A DNA stretch of 64,000 nucleotides from Sporopachydermia quercuum (Eukaryota): the NCBI GenBank assembly GCA_001599295.1, contig BCGN01000001.1, positions 124,001 to 188,000 on the forward strand, written 5' to 3'. Shown here in pieces: positions 35,554 to 46,327 of this stretch. The position numbers and the translations under genes were made by a program. Below the pieces are notes generated by a model that was not told where the DNA came from, did no database searches, and saw only the letters and a list, made by a program, of their open reading frames with translations. Numbering within the stretch: the first letter of the stretch is position 1; each line of letters begins with the position of its first letter.

Positions 35554-38349
35554 ATGCTCGAGAAAAGACTACTAAAACTCTCGTTAGGTCCAACAGCGTT
35601 TATCGACAGTCCTGAGGACACCACCATTGACAATTCAAATGGTTCAAACGACAGCTGTAGATCAATAAGTCCAGAAAATCATGATATCAATCATAGGTAT
35701 ATCAGAAGGCTCAACAGATCATTTAATGGATTTTATGATGCCCTTGGTTTTGTTTTAGANAAAGATAATAAGCAACGAAAGGAGCAAGCTCTATATTCAT
35801 CTTCAACTTTAGAAACTAGTGAGAACTATCCTAATATCAATTCTAAGGTCCCTTCAGATGCATCTGGGACTTCTGGAGCTCCACTGGGATCACTTGGTTC
35901 TGCTTTTGCTTCAAGTAAAACACCATACTATAATGAATGGCTGAGGGCCAAAAGAAAATTCGCGTCGTATAGTAATGTGAGGCTATTGAAANCTCATACT
36001 TTATTCTTAATACTGAAATGGCCTTTCTATAGTTTCAGAGCAAAAGTTTCCACATTTCGACCGCCTTTAATTGAAGGTAAATTTGTGTCTATATGGCATC
36101 TGTTTAAATCTCATTTTTTTGGGTATGGAATTACAGAAGTTATTGGACCTGAAGTGAAATTATTCTCTACAGTTGGATTATGGCTCGGCTTTAAAAAAAT
36201 GTACGGATCATTGATTCTACTNACTTGCCATGAATTCCTGGTCAACTTTCTTAGCAAATCTATTGTGGCAGCCACTGGTCCAATTGTGAGCGCCACTATT
36301 CTTCGAGTTTTTGATTTGATCCTTACAAAATGGTGTAATGTCCCCCAGTCTGATTCTCTTGATATCACTACGATGTCCGTAACCATAATGCAGTCTATAT
36401 ATAGTTTGATAGTCAAGTGCGCTACTTGGATTATCTTATATCCAGTGTTGAGACAAAGCACTTTGTTGATGTTAGGTTTGATTCCTGTTAGCGATGGTTT
36501 ATTAAGCGGATTGTTAGTCCCAATGCTTACTCGACAAGAGATTTGGCCTCTCATTTCCTCAAAGCTATTCCTTGCTCAATGTGTAACATGTATTCATGAA
36601 CAGAACTGTAGAAGGATTTATACGACCCTACTACAATTGATAAATTTATTTCCTGATAGTGAACAAGAGGTGATTGCAGCAATTGACGGCGATGAGGTTG
36701 AGGAATTTTCAAGGAGAGTTGTAATTTCAAGGTTTGACAATTTGTACCCGGATGACTATTCAGATAGANCTCAAGCCCTTGTTTCACCAGAGTATTCTGA
36801 GTCTCATGAGTATAGAGAAGAGTCTGCGGAACCAGAAGAGGATGGCTATACTAATGCTAATGATAATGGTAACGAGCTTCGAGGGGAAGATTTAAGTGGT
36901 AGTGACTCACGTATTTATGATTTTTATGAGGATACTACTACTGCAGAGGATCACGATGATTATGAGTATGGGTATAGTATGAATTTTGGATATTTTGATC
37001 CAGATATGGTGGATGAAATAGTAGATTTTGGTCACGAACATGCTTCAATGGAACCCAATAATCATTTCGCGACTTCTGGTGATCCTCGAATGATTTCTGG
37101 AGATGATAATGATTTAGCAGAACAAGAGGAATATTATGGGGAAGATGGGGATCACAATGAAAATGAAGATGAAGATGAAATCTATCATTTGCATGATGCA
37201 CCACTTGACAATCAAGGAGAAAATACATATGAAAACGTTGTAGAGAATGAAAATGTGACGAACGAAGATCAAGAAGAGGTAGAAGATGATGAAGCTACTG
37301 AAGAGGAGCGTCAAGANTTTGACGAAAATGAAAATGAAAATGAAAACCAAGAAGAGGTAGGTGAGGGGGAAATCTCTGACAATTATGATGTATACAGAGA
37401 CTCGTTCTCGGACGATCCCAGCTACGCTCGTGGTGACATTGGGTCTGAGGGAAGTTTTGAAGCTGATAGACCCAATGTATACGAGCTCTTCAGTCAAACC
37501 ACCACTAATGGTTATGAGTATGCAANTATTGAGAGAACTGGTTCGAATACAGTATACAGTACAAGTTCTAGTATTATCCATAGAATACTTGGTATTCTTA
37601 AATCGTGTGCTCTACCATCGAAGGTTAAAGAAAATACAGATTCTGTTAACCGAGAGTCATCAATAGTTTTGGATGCTGAAGTCAAAGAAGCGCTTGAAAT
37701 TGGTAGAGATAGCAGAAAGAAATTATTATCGGATTTTTATGTGGAAACAATAGGAGGAATAGTTGTTGACATATTGCTGATAGGGATGAATTCTTTTACT
37801 TATAAATATGCTGTGTTTGACTGCATTGAAAAGGGTTCGAAAATAAATCTGAATGTGTTTAATCTGCCATTGTCAGATGCAAGAAGATTAGATGCCAGTC
37901 GTTTACTAATCGATGCAGCATCATGTGTAGCTCTTAATTCTCTACATTCTGGTTTTAAAGTGATAACGGTACCAAATTATCCTCCATTCAAAGAAATGAA
38001 TACAACGTCTAGTATAGGTAGTAAGTATCTTATGGGATTTACTCGTGGATTGTATTCAGTGATTGGAAGAAGTATCAATGGTATTGTTAGAAAGATTAAC
38101 AACATCTCCAGTTCACTATTATATTCAAAGGTTTGCATGAATCCAGGTGCCATAATACTGGATAATGAATTATACAATGGTTCACCATTTTTCGCTGTAG
38201 CGTCAATTTGGGAAAGATTCGAACCGGTACAGTTGGACTATATTGTATTGAGTCTTTTACCTGAATGGCTAGCGCATTTAGCTGTTTATCAGTATCATCT
38301 CATCTCTATATCTTCAACGTACGGCAGGTGTAATCAAATAGCTTCGTAA
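35554..38349 (+). CDS. Hypothetical 931 aa protein; hydrophobic helical N- and C-terminal regions separated by a very acidic linker
   Basis: Long ORF with several hydrophobic segments at about aa 150-350 and a D/E/N-rich tract at about aa 370-660. Confidence 0.8.
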   Translation: MLEKRLLKLSLGPTAFIDSPEDTTIDNSNGSNDSCRSISPENHDINHRYIRRLNRSFNGFYDALGFVLXKDNKQRKEQALYSSSTLETSENYPNINSKVPSDASGTSGAPLGSLGSAFASSKTPYYNEWLRAKRKFASYSNVRLLKXHTLFLILKWPFYSFRAKVSTFRPPLIEGKFVSIWHLFKSHFFGYGITEVIGPEVKLFSTVGLWLGFKKMYGSLILXTCHEFLVNFLSKSIVAATGPIVSATILRVFDLILTKWCNVPQSDSLDITTMSVTIMQSIYSLIVKCATWIILYPVLRQSTLLMLGLIPVSDGLLSGLLVPMLTRQEIWPLISSKLFLAQCVTCIHEQNCRRIYTTLLQLINLFPDSEQEVIAAIDGDEVEEFSRRVVISRFDNLYPDDYSDRXQALVSPEYSESHEYREESAEPEEDGYTNANDNGNELRGEDLSGSDSRIYDFYEDTTTAEDHDDYEYGYSMNFGYFDPDMVDEIVDFGHEHASMEPNNHFATSGDPRMISGDDNDLAEQEEYYGEDGDHNENEDEDEIYHLHDAPLDNQGENTYENVVENENVTNEDQEEVEDDEATEEERQXFDENENENENQEEVGEGEISDNYDVYRDSFSDDPSYARGDIGSEGSFEADRPNVYELFSQTTTNGYEYAXIERTGSNTVYSTSSSIIHRILGILKSCALPSKVKENTDSVNRESSIVLDAEVKEALEIGRDSRKKLLSDFYVETIGGIVVDILLIGMNSFTYKYAVFDCIEKGSKINLNVFNLPLSDARRLDASRLLIDAASCVALNSLHSGFKVITVPNYPPFKEMNTTSSIGSKYLMGFTRGLYSVIGRSINGIVRKINNISSSLLYSKVCMNPGAIILDNELYNGSPFFAVASIWERFEPVQLDYIVLSLLPEWLAHLAVYQYHLISISSTYGRCNQIAS

Positions 38350-39004
38350 TGACATGTAATATACTATTTCTCGGGGAGCTTTCCTATTTGGGCAATCAGA
38401 AGATCCAAATAACGGTTTGTCTTTCTATTCTGACTATATAGAACAGGGGACGCATGTGGGGTCAACTGTCTGTTCTATTTTTATACAATTTCCTGATTTC
38501 AGTAAGNTTCTTCAATATCAGATTCTAATTATGTCAAANTATGTCAAAGTTCCGTAAAAGAAAATGATAATAATCATCATTGTTCTCTCGNGTTTATGCA
38601 TGCTATAGATGCATAACTACTTGAATAAGCAAGCAAAGAACAGTACAGCTTGTCTTACGACTCTGGTTTTGATTATTTGCTTCCTTAATTCNTTTAATTT
38701 TAATTCTTGTCATATCTTAATTTTTTTTTATCATATTATATCATAAGAATGCTTCTAAGAATCTCAAAATCCATTAATATACAGTGTGTAACCTTGGTAT
38801 TACTAGGTATCAACGCCTCGTATTCAGTCCCTAACTCCAAGTAAAATCTGTAAACACAGCCATGAAAAGAAAAAATAATGAATGCTTATTGAAAAAGAAA
38901 AAGATAANTACACAATCAATTAACAAAATCAGTGTATTCATCTATATTAACTCTTCTACTTATAAATTTTCCTCCTATTCTTAAAATATGAAATCATTTC
39001 CCTC

Positions 39005-40310
39005 TCCATAAAGATCTTGGGTGGAATGACCGTTAAACTGGCTCGGTAAGTACCTAACAACCATTTGGGAAGCAAGATGGGAACAAAGTTAAGTTATTCT
39101 ACTACAGCTAGCTAGTTTCATTTTAACTCTAAAGTATTTTTAAGTTAGAAAATCTAAACCGACATTATGAGAAGTAGAAGTGAAGTTTGTAATAATTTAC
39201 CTGTTATGATGTAATCATACAGTAAAGCCTGAGGCTAAGCACGTACCAAACTATCAAACTTTATTTGATAGAGCCAGAACTTCGGGTAGTCAATACCATT
39301 TTTCAAATTTTCTGTAGGTTCCAAGAGTTTTCATTCATCCCTCACCATCCAAAAAAAAACTATGCTTGGAAGAATATTCTTCAGAATATTCTGTATATCT
39401 ATTGGTACCTTGACGATTAGTCAAAGGCAATAAAAGGATATATATCATTTTCTGATGAATAGAGTATCAAATAAAGATGCCTGTTCACTGCCACTGTGTC
39501 AAATGAGAAAAAAGGCTTTTTTTGTCTCCATTAAGGAGCGGAAAAGAAGTGAAACTATGGAATTGGTTTTCTCTGATGAACTAATAGAACGGCTAAAAAA
39601 GTGTTTTTATCAAACTCTCAGTTTGAAAGAGGTTAGTTTATTTGTTCATTAAAAATGGTTAGTTGCCCAAACTGTGGTCCCCCAAATTATATTCGACTAC
39701 GAAGTGATAGAATCAAATGTATTATAGGAGTATTTCATCCTTACTAATTCCAATGTGTCTCATGTTGAAGGAGAACGCAGCGAAAGTCTCCTATCTATTT
39801 CATTGAATAATCATTCAGTTATTTTTTTGTTTATTTTCAGTGAAAGCATACACATTTTGAAACAGTTTGTATGTATTTCATTTCATTGTAGTATTATAGT
39901 ATAATGATTTTAGGTTCTTAATCAATATTCAACGCTCCTGAAGCTCTGCCACAATTTAGAGTAATGGATCTTGGGGAAATTCTTGTAAGAGGTGATGATG
40001 ATGAGATTTCCACCTTATTTATCGTCAGAGGGTTGAGCCTGCCGACTAAACTTGTTGTGGTATGAAAGAATATGAGATCTGGTCATCTTGGTTATACTTA
40101 CAGGAAAACATCAACTGGTTGCCTCAGCATCATTAAATGTTCATATTAAAATCAAAATGCAAAGTGAGGAATATATCCTACCAAAATAATGATCATACCA
40201 GGGTGCTCTATCTAGAATATTGCATCAAGATTCAACTGAGTTAAATTTTAGCAGTCGTAGCAAGTAGAATGATCGGAAATATGGAGATAGACAACCAATT
40301 ATTGTATCAA
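39005..40310 (+). mobile_element. Highly eroded Ty3/gypsy LTR-retrotransposon pol relic (protease end, RT, RNase H)
   Basis: Colinear degenerate landmarks across frameshifts: KILG..NWLGKYLTTIW, YQTLFD, SSEYSVYLLVP, NRVSNKDACSLPL, DELIERLKK, EYFILTNS, LFIFSES, VMDLGEILVRG, RSGHLGYTYRK and ALSRILHQ...FSSRSK*NDRKY. Order and spacing are close to gypsy pol. The catalytic YxDD is lost. Confidence 0.55.
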
Positions 40311-41580
40311 CAATACTAGGTAAATAATGTATATTTTACATATATATTAGTACAATTCTATGAGCCTGTACGACAGACAACTCAAGCAAAAACTGTTAAG
40401 TTGTTCTAACTTCAATGAAAACTAAAGTTTGAGATCTTCAAAACTTTGTTTCTCAAATTAGTGTTTTCTACTTTTTCTCTGTAATGTTATTTGCAGTTCA
40501 GGCAAAAAAAAAAAGTTATTTTAGAGTTATAGCTTTTTTAATATTATTAGTTACGGCAGCTATTAATAACTCTGTTGGTGTCTCTTATCAACATAAACAA
40601 CTTAAATCTAAACTCATTTACGCTGTTCCAGATCGATGTCAGAGGACCTACTTTTTCTCAGTTCCTCTAGACTTTATGAACCNTTTGTCAAAAATCTCAC
40701 TCTACTTGATCGCATTCTTAGTTTAATATCAGCCCAGCAGTTTCCATTTTGCAACTCATATAAGAAGCAAAGTAAGAATTAAGGTTCTCTAGTCTTAAGT
40801 TAACTCCAACCTTAATATTAGAATTGCTTAAAGTTTCGGCTCTATCACATATACCAAACTATTATTACTTCTCCAACACCATACCTAACTGCTTTAGCAT
40901 CCCCAACTTCGTACATAGCGGAATCGGTTTATTCTTCTTAATGAGAACCTCTTCACAATAGCGGCTCTTCATCTTCTCGCTTTTTCTCCCCTTATCAAAG
41001 CAACCTGGTTGAAATCAACTATTTTTATTAGATGAAGGTATATAACAAGGTATTTGTTGGGATATCTGTATGTAACAATCAACACTCCCACATTTCAATC
41101 GTCTTGTAACTATCTCGTTTACTGCTGTTCATCCTGCCTATTTTTTTCGCGTCATATTCTCTGGTCCTCCATTTGCATTCCGTTCCGGTGACCGATTTTT
41201 TTCATCAGGGGATCAAAGTGTTCTTCGAAACAAAGTAATAATTCGAAAGAGACGCAAAGAAAATACTGATAGAGGTTGTTTATATGATTGTTTTAGAAAT
41301 AATTCATTTATTCTTTGTTTCAGCCTAAAGGAAAACAACAAACGTGCTTAGTTATCATTTGTCATTATTAGTCAATAGAAAACACTAAATTTNAACCATC
41401 AATACTCGTCACATCAAGTTGCATCTACTGCAAAGAGTACTTCGTTCAACAAATTAACATAAGGGTGGTTAATAATTAATATTCGGTAGTCTATGGTCAA
41501 GTTATCAATCTGTTGTGGTCAAGAGGTTCTTGTTCATGTTATGAGGAATCCGGCAACATAAGGTCATTAACAACTCAATA

Positions 41581-43320
41581 ATGCGTTCTAGTTTTTCGTT
41601 CAAATGTCTGGAATGCTTCATTGGCTTATTAGCATTCTCAAGCCAAGTGAGAAGTCAAAATGATGTCAACAGTACAAGCAATGGGACATCTCATTCAAAT
41701 ATGACAGAGTTTTATTCCTTAGAATTAAGGAATAGTCAGACATTACCCGTTATTTTAGTCGAAGGTGATGATGAGTATTCACATGTGGCATACGCAGCTA
41801 TTAGGATAGGAGGTCAAGAGATATCACTTAGATTAGATACCAGTATTGGGTACCCTTGGGTTGGTAATGGCGATGATGTTGAAGATTGTGATTTGGTTGC
41901 TGCGTCATCAACAACTACGGCTACACCAACAGGTACTAGTTCTGAACTTGAATCTATTTTCCCTGATATATCAACAGAAGTTAATACTGAAAGTGCGGTG
42001 GAAACAGCAACGAGTAATTTTGTAAACTGTCTTCAATCCATTTTTTATATCAACAAATCGACATCTTTTGAATATGCAGAACCTCAAGTGCAAGTCAGTG
42101 AGAAACTATTTTTTACTTATGACATCTCTGGTGTTCTAGGAGTCGAAAATATGTCATTCCCTGAAATTAATAATCTATCGATAACAGAAAATGGTACACG
42201 TTACGACGAAATTTCAAACCCTGGAGATTATAATATAACTGATATTCCTTTCTTGTTGGTGAATCAAAGTACTGCTAGTACTGGTTCATTCCCTTTGGGA
42301 ATATATCCTAACGGTAATCCAGTCCTTGATAAATTTGTCTCTGATGGATTAATCAATCAAAGCTCTTATTCTCTGTGGCTTAATTCTAATACTTCATTAG
42401 TACCTAACAAACTGATTCTTGGAGGTGTTGATCTTAACTATTTCGATGCTACACAGTTTTACAAGTTTGATTGGCTGGNAAATTCAGTGCAGTCTGACGC
42501 TACTTTGCCGTTCATACCTTTTACTGGCTTATCTGTTACTAACTCTAATGGGTTTACATTATCATTGAATAGTACGTACTTAGGAGACAACCCAGAATTG
42601 TCTCTTGAGCCAGTGCTTCTACAACCTAGACTGAGATTTATCTATTTACCAAGAAACATGGTTATTGCATTAGCGGTCCAATTGAATGCTTTTTACTCGT
42701 CTGATTTTGATAAATGGGTAGTTGATTGTTCAGTTGGATCATTGGATGCAATGATTGGGTTCTGGTTTGAAGGTTTAAGAATCAACATCCCGATTTCTGA
42801 ACTTTTATATGAAGCAGAAGATGATTCTGGTAAACCACTAACCTTCGCTTCTACAAAGAACCAAGCATGTTTATTGGCAGTAACGCATAATGGTGAATTA
42901 GGATTCTCGGCACTTGGATCATATTTCTTAACCTGGGCATATATGGCAGTGAGTTTACCAGAAAGACAAGTAGCNCTTTCACCAGCAGTTTATTATTCTG
43001 ATGATTCAGCTCTGAGGGATAATATGCAATTTTCTATTGTCTCCGGTACAATTCCTTATGCTACATATGTTAGTTTGAAAGAAGTACCAACAGCTACTAT
43101 TTCAACAGTTACCGCAGTGAAAACTGAAGGTAGTGATGATTCCTTGATTATTTCTAATGGTATGATATTGACATACAACACAGTCACTAGATCTAGATCA
43201 TTGGTTGGGTCATCGTCTACTGACTCATCAAGTGGAGATGAAACTGTTGCAGGTGCCAATCGAGTTTCTGCTTTACAATCGTGGCTCTGGACAATTCCTA
43301 CTTTACTATGGTTGATCTAA
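41581..43320 (+). CDS. YPS7: GPI-anchored yapsin-like aspartic-protease-fold protein (Yps7-like)
   Basis: Signal peptide, IGGQEISLRLDTS..YPWV, GLINQSSYSLWL, LILGGVDLNY, IYLP...ALAVQLNAFY...WVVDC, LGSYFLTWAYM, an S/T-rich stalk and a hydrophobic GPI-type C-terminus. Confidence 0.8.
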   Translation: MRSSFSFKCLECFIGLLAFSSQVRSQNDVNSTSNGTSHSNMTEFYSLELRNSQTLPVILVEGDDEYSHVAYAAIRIGGQEISLRLDTSIGYPWVGNGDDVEDCDLVAASSTTTATPTGTSSELESIFPDISTEVNTESAVETATSNFVNCLQSIFYINKSTSFEYAEPQVQVSEKLFFTYDISGVLGVENMSFPEINNLSITENGTRYDEISNPGDYNITDIPFLLVNQSTASTGSFPLGIYPNGNPVLDKFVSDGLINQSSYSLWLNSNTSLVPNKLILGGVDLNYFDATQFYKFDWLXNSVQSDATLPFIPFTGLSVTNSNGFTLSLNSTYLGDNPELSLEPVLLQPRLRFIYLPRNMVIALAVQLNAFYSSDFDKWVVDCSVGSLDAMIGFWFEGLRINIPISELLYEAEDDSGKPLTFASTKNQACLLAVTHNGELGFSALGSYFLTWAYMAVSLPERQVXLSPAVYYSDDSALRDNMQFSIVSGTIPYATYVSLKEVPTATISTVTAVKTEGSDDSLIISNGMILTYNTVTRSRSLVGSSSTDSSSGDETVAGANRVSALQSWLWTIPTLLWLI

Positions 43321-44048
43321 TAAGCATAGTAATAAAATCTTATAATTCTCAAACATTTGAGTGTAGAGTTCCCAATTAGGAACAAACTCTCAATAATATT
43401 ATAATCAAAAATAANCATCAGAAAGAAATCATAAAAATAGACTCACATCAAGATTTGATCCATCGTTTGATAACTAACATTAAAAAAGAAAATTCTCATA
43501 TAGCGGAATCTCTTCTCTTGTGCAGTTGTTTGTATTTTAGCTAGGTATATGATCATATCTATATCTGATTAGATCTATGTATATCAATATAATAACTATC
43601 AAGTTATAATCATGTTTTCTAGCAATAGAGTACTATGTCATGATGATCNGCATAGGTAGATTTACACCCGATCAATCAAATCTATGTATAGATCAGGGAT
43701 AATTATAATACCGAAAAGTTACATTAATAGCAGTTGAAAGGTGATGAGGGATACAAAGTAGTGATTATCAGAAGCAAAAATCAAAATATACAAATTCTGA
43801 ACATAAAAGTCAAAAAAAAAAATTCTGGTTTTATTGCTGAATTATCAGATTTTCCATGAAGAAGCCAATAATTGTCATCAACGATATGTTACCAAACACT
43901 CATATTCCTGAATGGGACCCAAAAAATTTCATAACTAACATTTCAATTTTACATCATCTAAATTATTACGTAATCAGAAATACCCTCGAAANACACACGA
44001 AACATTCCCTAACATTAAATTCCTGTCATCTTTCTATCAACACAAATT

Positions 44049-44225
44049 ATGGCACGTACTTTTGGATTGAAGCAATTGCTACAATATTCATCTTCTTATT
44101 ATCCTCGTCCACTATACAAGAAGGAAGTACTATCTTACACTATCGTCAACCTATCAGTCGCCATAGTACTTTACATATTCGCTGTAATGAAGAAACCAAT
44201 ATTTCACATCTCTCCTACACTATAA
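44049..44225 (+). CDS. Candidate 58 aa single-pass membrane micropeptide/uORF, in frame with the downstream transporter
   Basis: MARTFGLKQLLQYSSSYYPRPLYKKEVLSYTIVNLSVAIVLYIFAVMKKPIFHISPTL*. The ATG has A at -3 and G at +4. It falls below the ORF-track size cut-off. Confidence 0.35.
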   Translation: MARTFGLKQLLQYSSSYYPRPLYKKEVLSYTIVNLSVAIVLYIFAVMKKPIFHISPTL

Positions 44226-44243
44226 ACTTCCTCTTACAACTTA

Positions 44244-45512
44244 ATGGTGTCCCGCAAGATGACAACCAAAATACCTAGTCCTAATAAACCTGTTAAAGAG
44301 ATTATATTAACTGTTGTTTTCATACTCCTATGGTATTTATTTTCTTTAACATTATCACTTTATAACAAATGGATGTTTGCTCCTGAAAATCTGGACTTTC
44401 ATTTCCCAGTCTTGGTGACATCGGGCCACCAAATCATTCAGTTCATATTTTCCTTCATTGGAATGGCATTATATCCTAAGATAAGGCCAAAGCCTACTCA
44501 AGAAATTCTATATGATTCAGATATCATATCAAAATGGTGGATGTTGTTGAATATGGGGTTTCTGGCTTATATGACNAATATTGGACCATGTGCTTTCGCT
44601 AGTGCTGGTGATATTGGAATGGGGAATATGTCATTTCGGTTCATTACCCTAACGTTCTATACAATGATCAAATCGTCATCATTAACTTTTGTTTTATTAT
44701 TCTCATTCATTTTTAAACTTGAAANACCTAACCTAACACTCATTTCGATCATTGCTATAATGACAGTTGGCGTGGTTATGATGGTGGCTGGTGAAGGTAA
44801 TCAAAAAGATACTACTGAAGATGAAGATTTCGTATTGGGCTTCATATTAGTTTTATCGGCAGCGTGTTTATCAGGTCTAAGGTGGGCATTAACTCAATTA
44901 TTACTAAGGAAGAATCCTTATACTTCAAATCCGTTCGCTACAATTTTTTATATCGCGCCATTAATGGCTGGTGTATTATTTCTTGCTGGGTCAATCGTGG
45001 AGGGAATCGGTAGTTTTTTTGCTGGACAATTATGGGAACAGTATGGAATCATTCTTGGAATTGTGATGTTATCAATACCGGGAATACTGGCTTTCTGTAT
45101 GACGCTAAGTGAGTTTGCTTTGTTACAACATGCAAGTGTACTAACATTATCAATTGCTGGTATATTCAAAGAATTACTTACGATATCAATATCCACAGCT
45201 GTTTTCCATGATAAACTTACTCTTATCAATATTTTAGGTCTTATAGTTACCCTTGTTGCAATTATTTGTTATAATATTTATAGATTATGGGGATCTGATG
45301 AAGATTCTGAGTATGAAAGGCTACCTATTGATTCCAATNCTACTCCTGAGATTGATAGTACGCCATCATATGAATTAAGGCGGACATCAACTATGAATAA
45401 TGATGATACAGTTCAGGGGAAATCGGATGAAATAGAGATTAGAAATGAAGAAGAATTAGAAGCAGGTGTCCAGTCTTTATTGCATCATAGAATAAGTAGC
45501 ATAGATATATAA
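44244..45512 (+). CDS. YMD8: Triose-phosphate-transporter-family nucleotide-sugar transporter (Ymd8/SLC35C2-like)
   Basis: WYLFSLTLSLYNKWMF, FHFPVLVTSGHQ, DIGMGNMS..ITLTFYTMIKSSS, SGLRWALTQLLL and SVLTLSIAGIFKELLTI. Confidence 0.88.
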   Translation: MVSRKMTTKIPSPNKPVKEIILTVVFILLWYLFSLTLSLYNKWMFAPENLDFHFPVLVTSGHQIIQFIFSFIGMALYPKIRPKPTQEILYDSDIISKWWMLLNMGFLAYMXNIGPCAFASAGDIGMGNMSFRFITLTFYTMIKSSSLTFVLLFSFIFKLEXPNLTLISIIAIMTVGVVMMVAGEGNQKDTTEDEDFVLGFILVLSAACLSGLRWALTQLLLRKNPYTSNPFATIFYIAPLMAGVLFLAGSIVEGIGSFFAGQLWEQYGIILGIVMLSIPGILAFCMTLSEFALLQHASVLTLSIAGIFKELLTISISTAVFHDKLTLINILGLIVTLVAIICYNIYRLWGSDEDSEYERLPIDSNXTPEIDSTPSYELRRTSTMNNDDTVQGKSDEIEIRNEEELEAGVQSLLHHRISSIDI

Positions 45513-46327
45513 ATGCAATATTATTGGATAGGTTTGAGAGAGACTTCTTACTAGTACTCCTTAATGATTGTTTAATGTAGGTTTATTACTGATTTTATTC
45601 ATTGCTTTTCTCTTGAATAATTAAGTTTAATAGAAAGACCCAATGAAGCATATAGCGATACTAGTTGTTGCTTAATCAAACGAAAAAAATCAACTTAAGA
45701 GGTTTTATGATTTGCCTGAGAAAAGGAATTACAAAAATGTTAATCNAAACAATCTAAGATCAAAAGAAAATACAGTAAAAGAGATAGTTCTTCTTATTTT
45801 ATGGAAAAATATGAAGAGAAACGGTGTATAGTATATGGTGCTAGAATATAATGATAATATTTTGTTGTAACTAGTCAAATGTTTCTCACATATACTGTTT
45901 TGAAAGAATATGTCATGGTCAACTATTCCTGTTCGATAGTAAGCGTATGAAACGTAATCCAACATTGATTCTTTCTTTTCATCTGAAATTTATCTCATTC
46001 AAATTAATGAATTTTCATATCTTCAGTTAATTTCTGTCAAATGTTTAGAATATATAGATTTATTCTCCTTCTTTGTGCAACAATTACTGTTCATTTTGAT
46101 ATACATCACTCGTATTTGTTGAGGTAGAGGAGACATCAATATCGGAGACGTTACCAAATGAAAGCAGTAGCTTAATTAGTAATTAATTGATATATAAAGT
46201 AAAGATCAAATTTATGTTCAGCATAATAGCGACTTTTCTTTTCTCTTTATCTCCTACATGCTGTTCTTTCACAAATGACTTTTTCATCCTAACAGATACC
46301 TCATGTATTTTTCATATCTTACACGTC

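Noticed and set aside
43540..43700. ATGATGA box-C-like motif within GATC/ATAT-rich sequence
   Set aside because: No suitably placed box D with a terminal stem and no recognisable rRNA complementarity.
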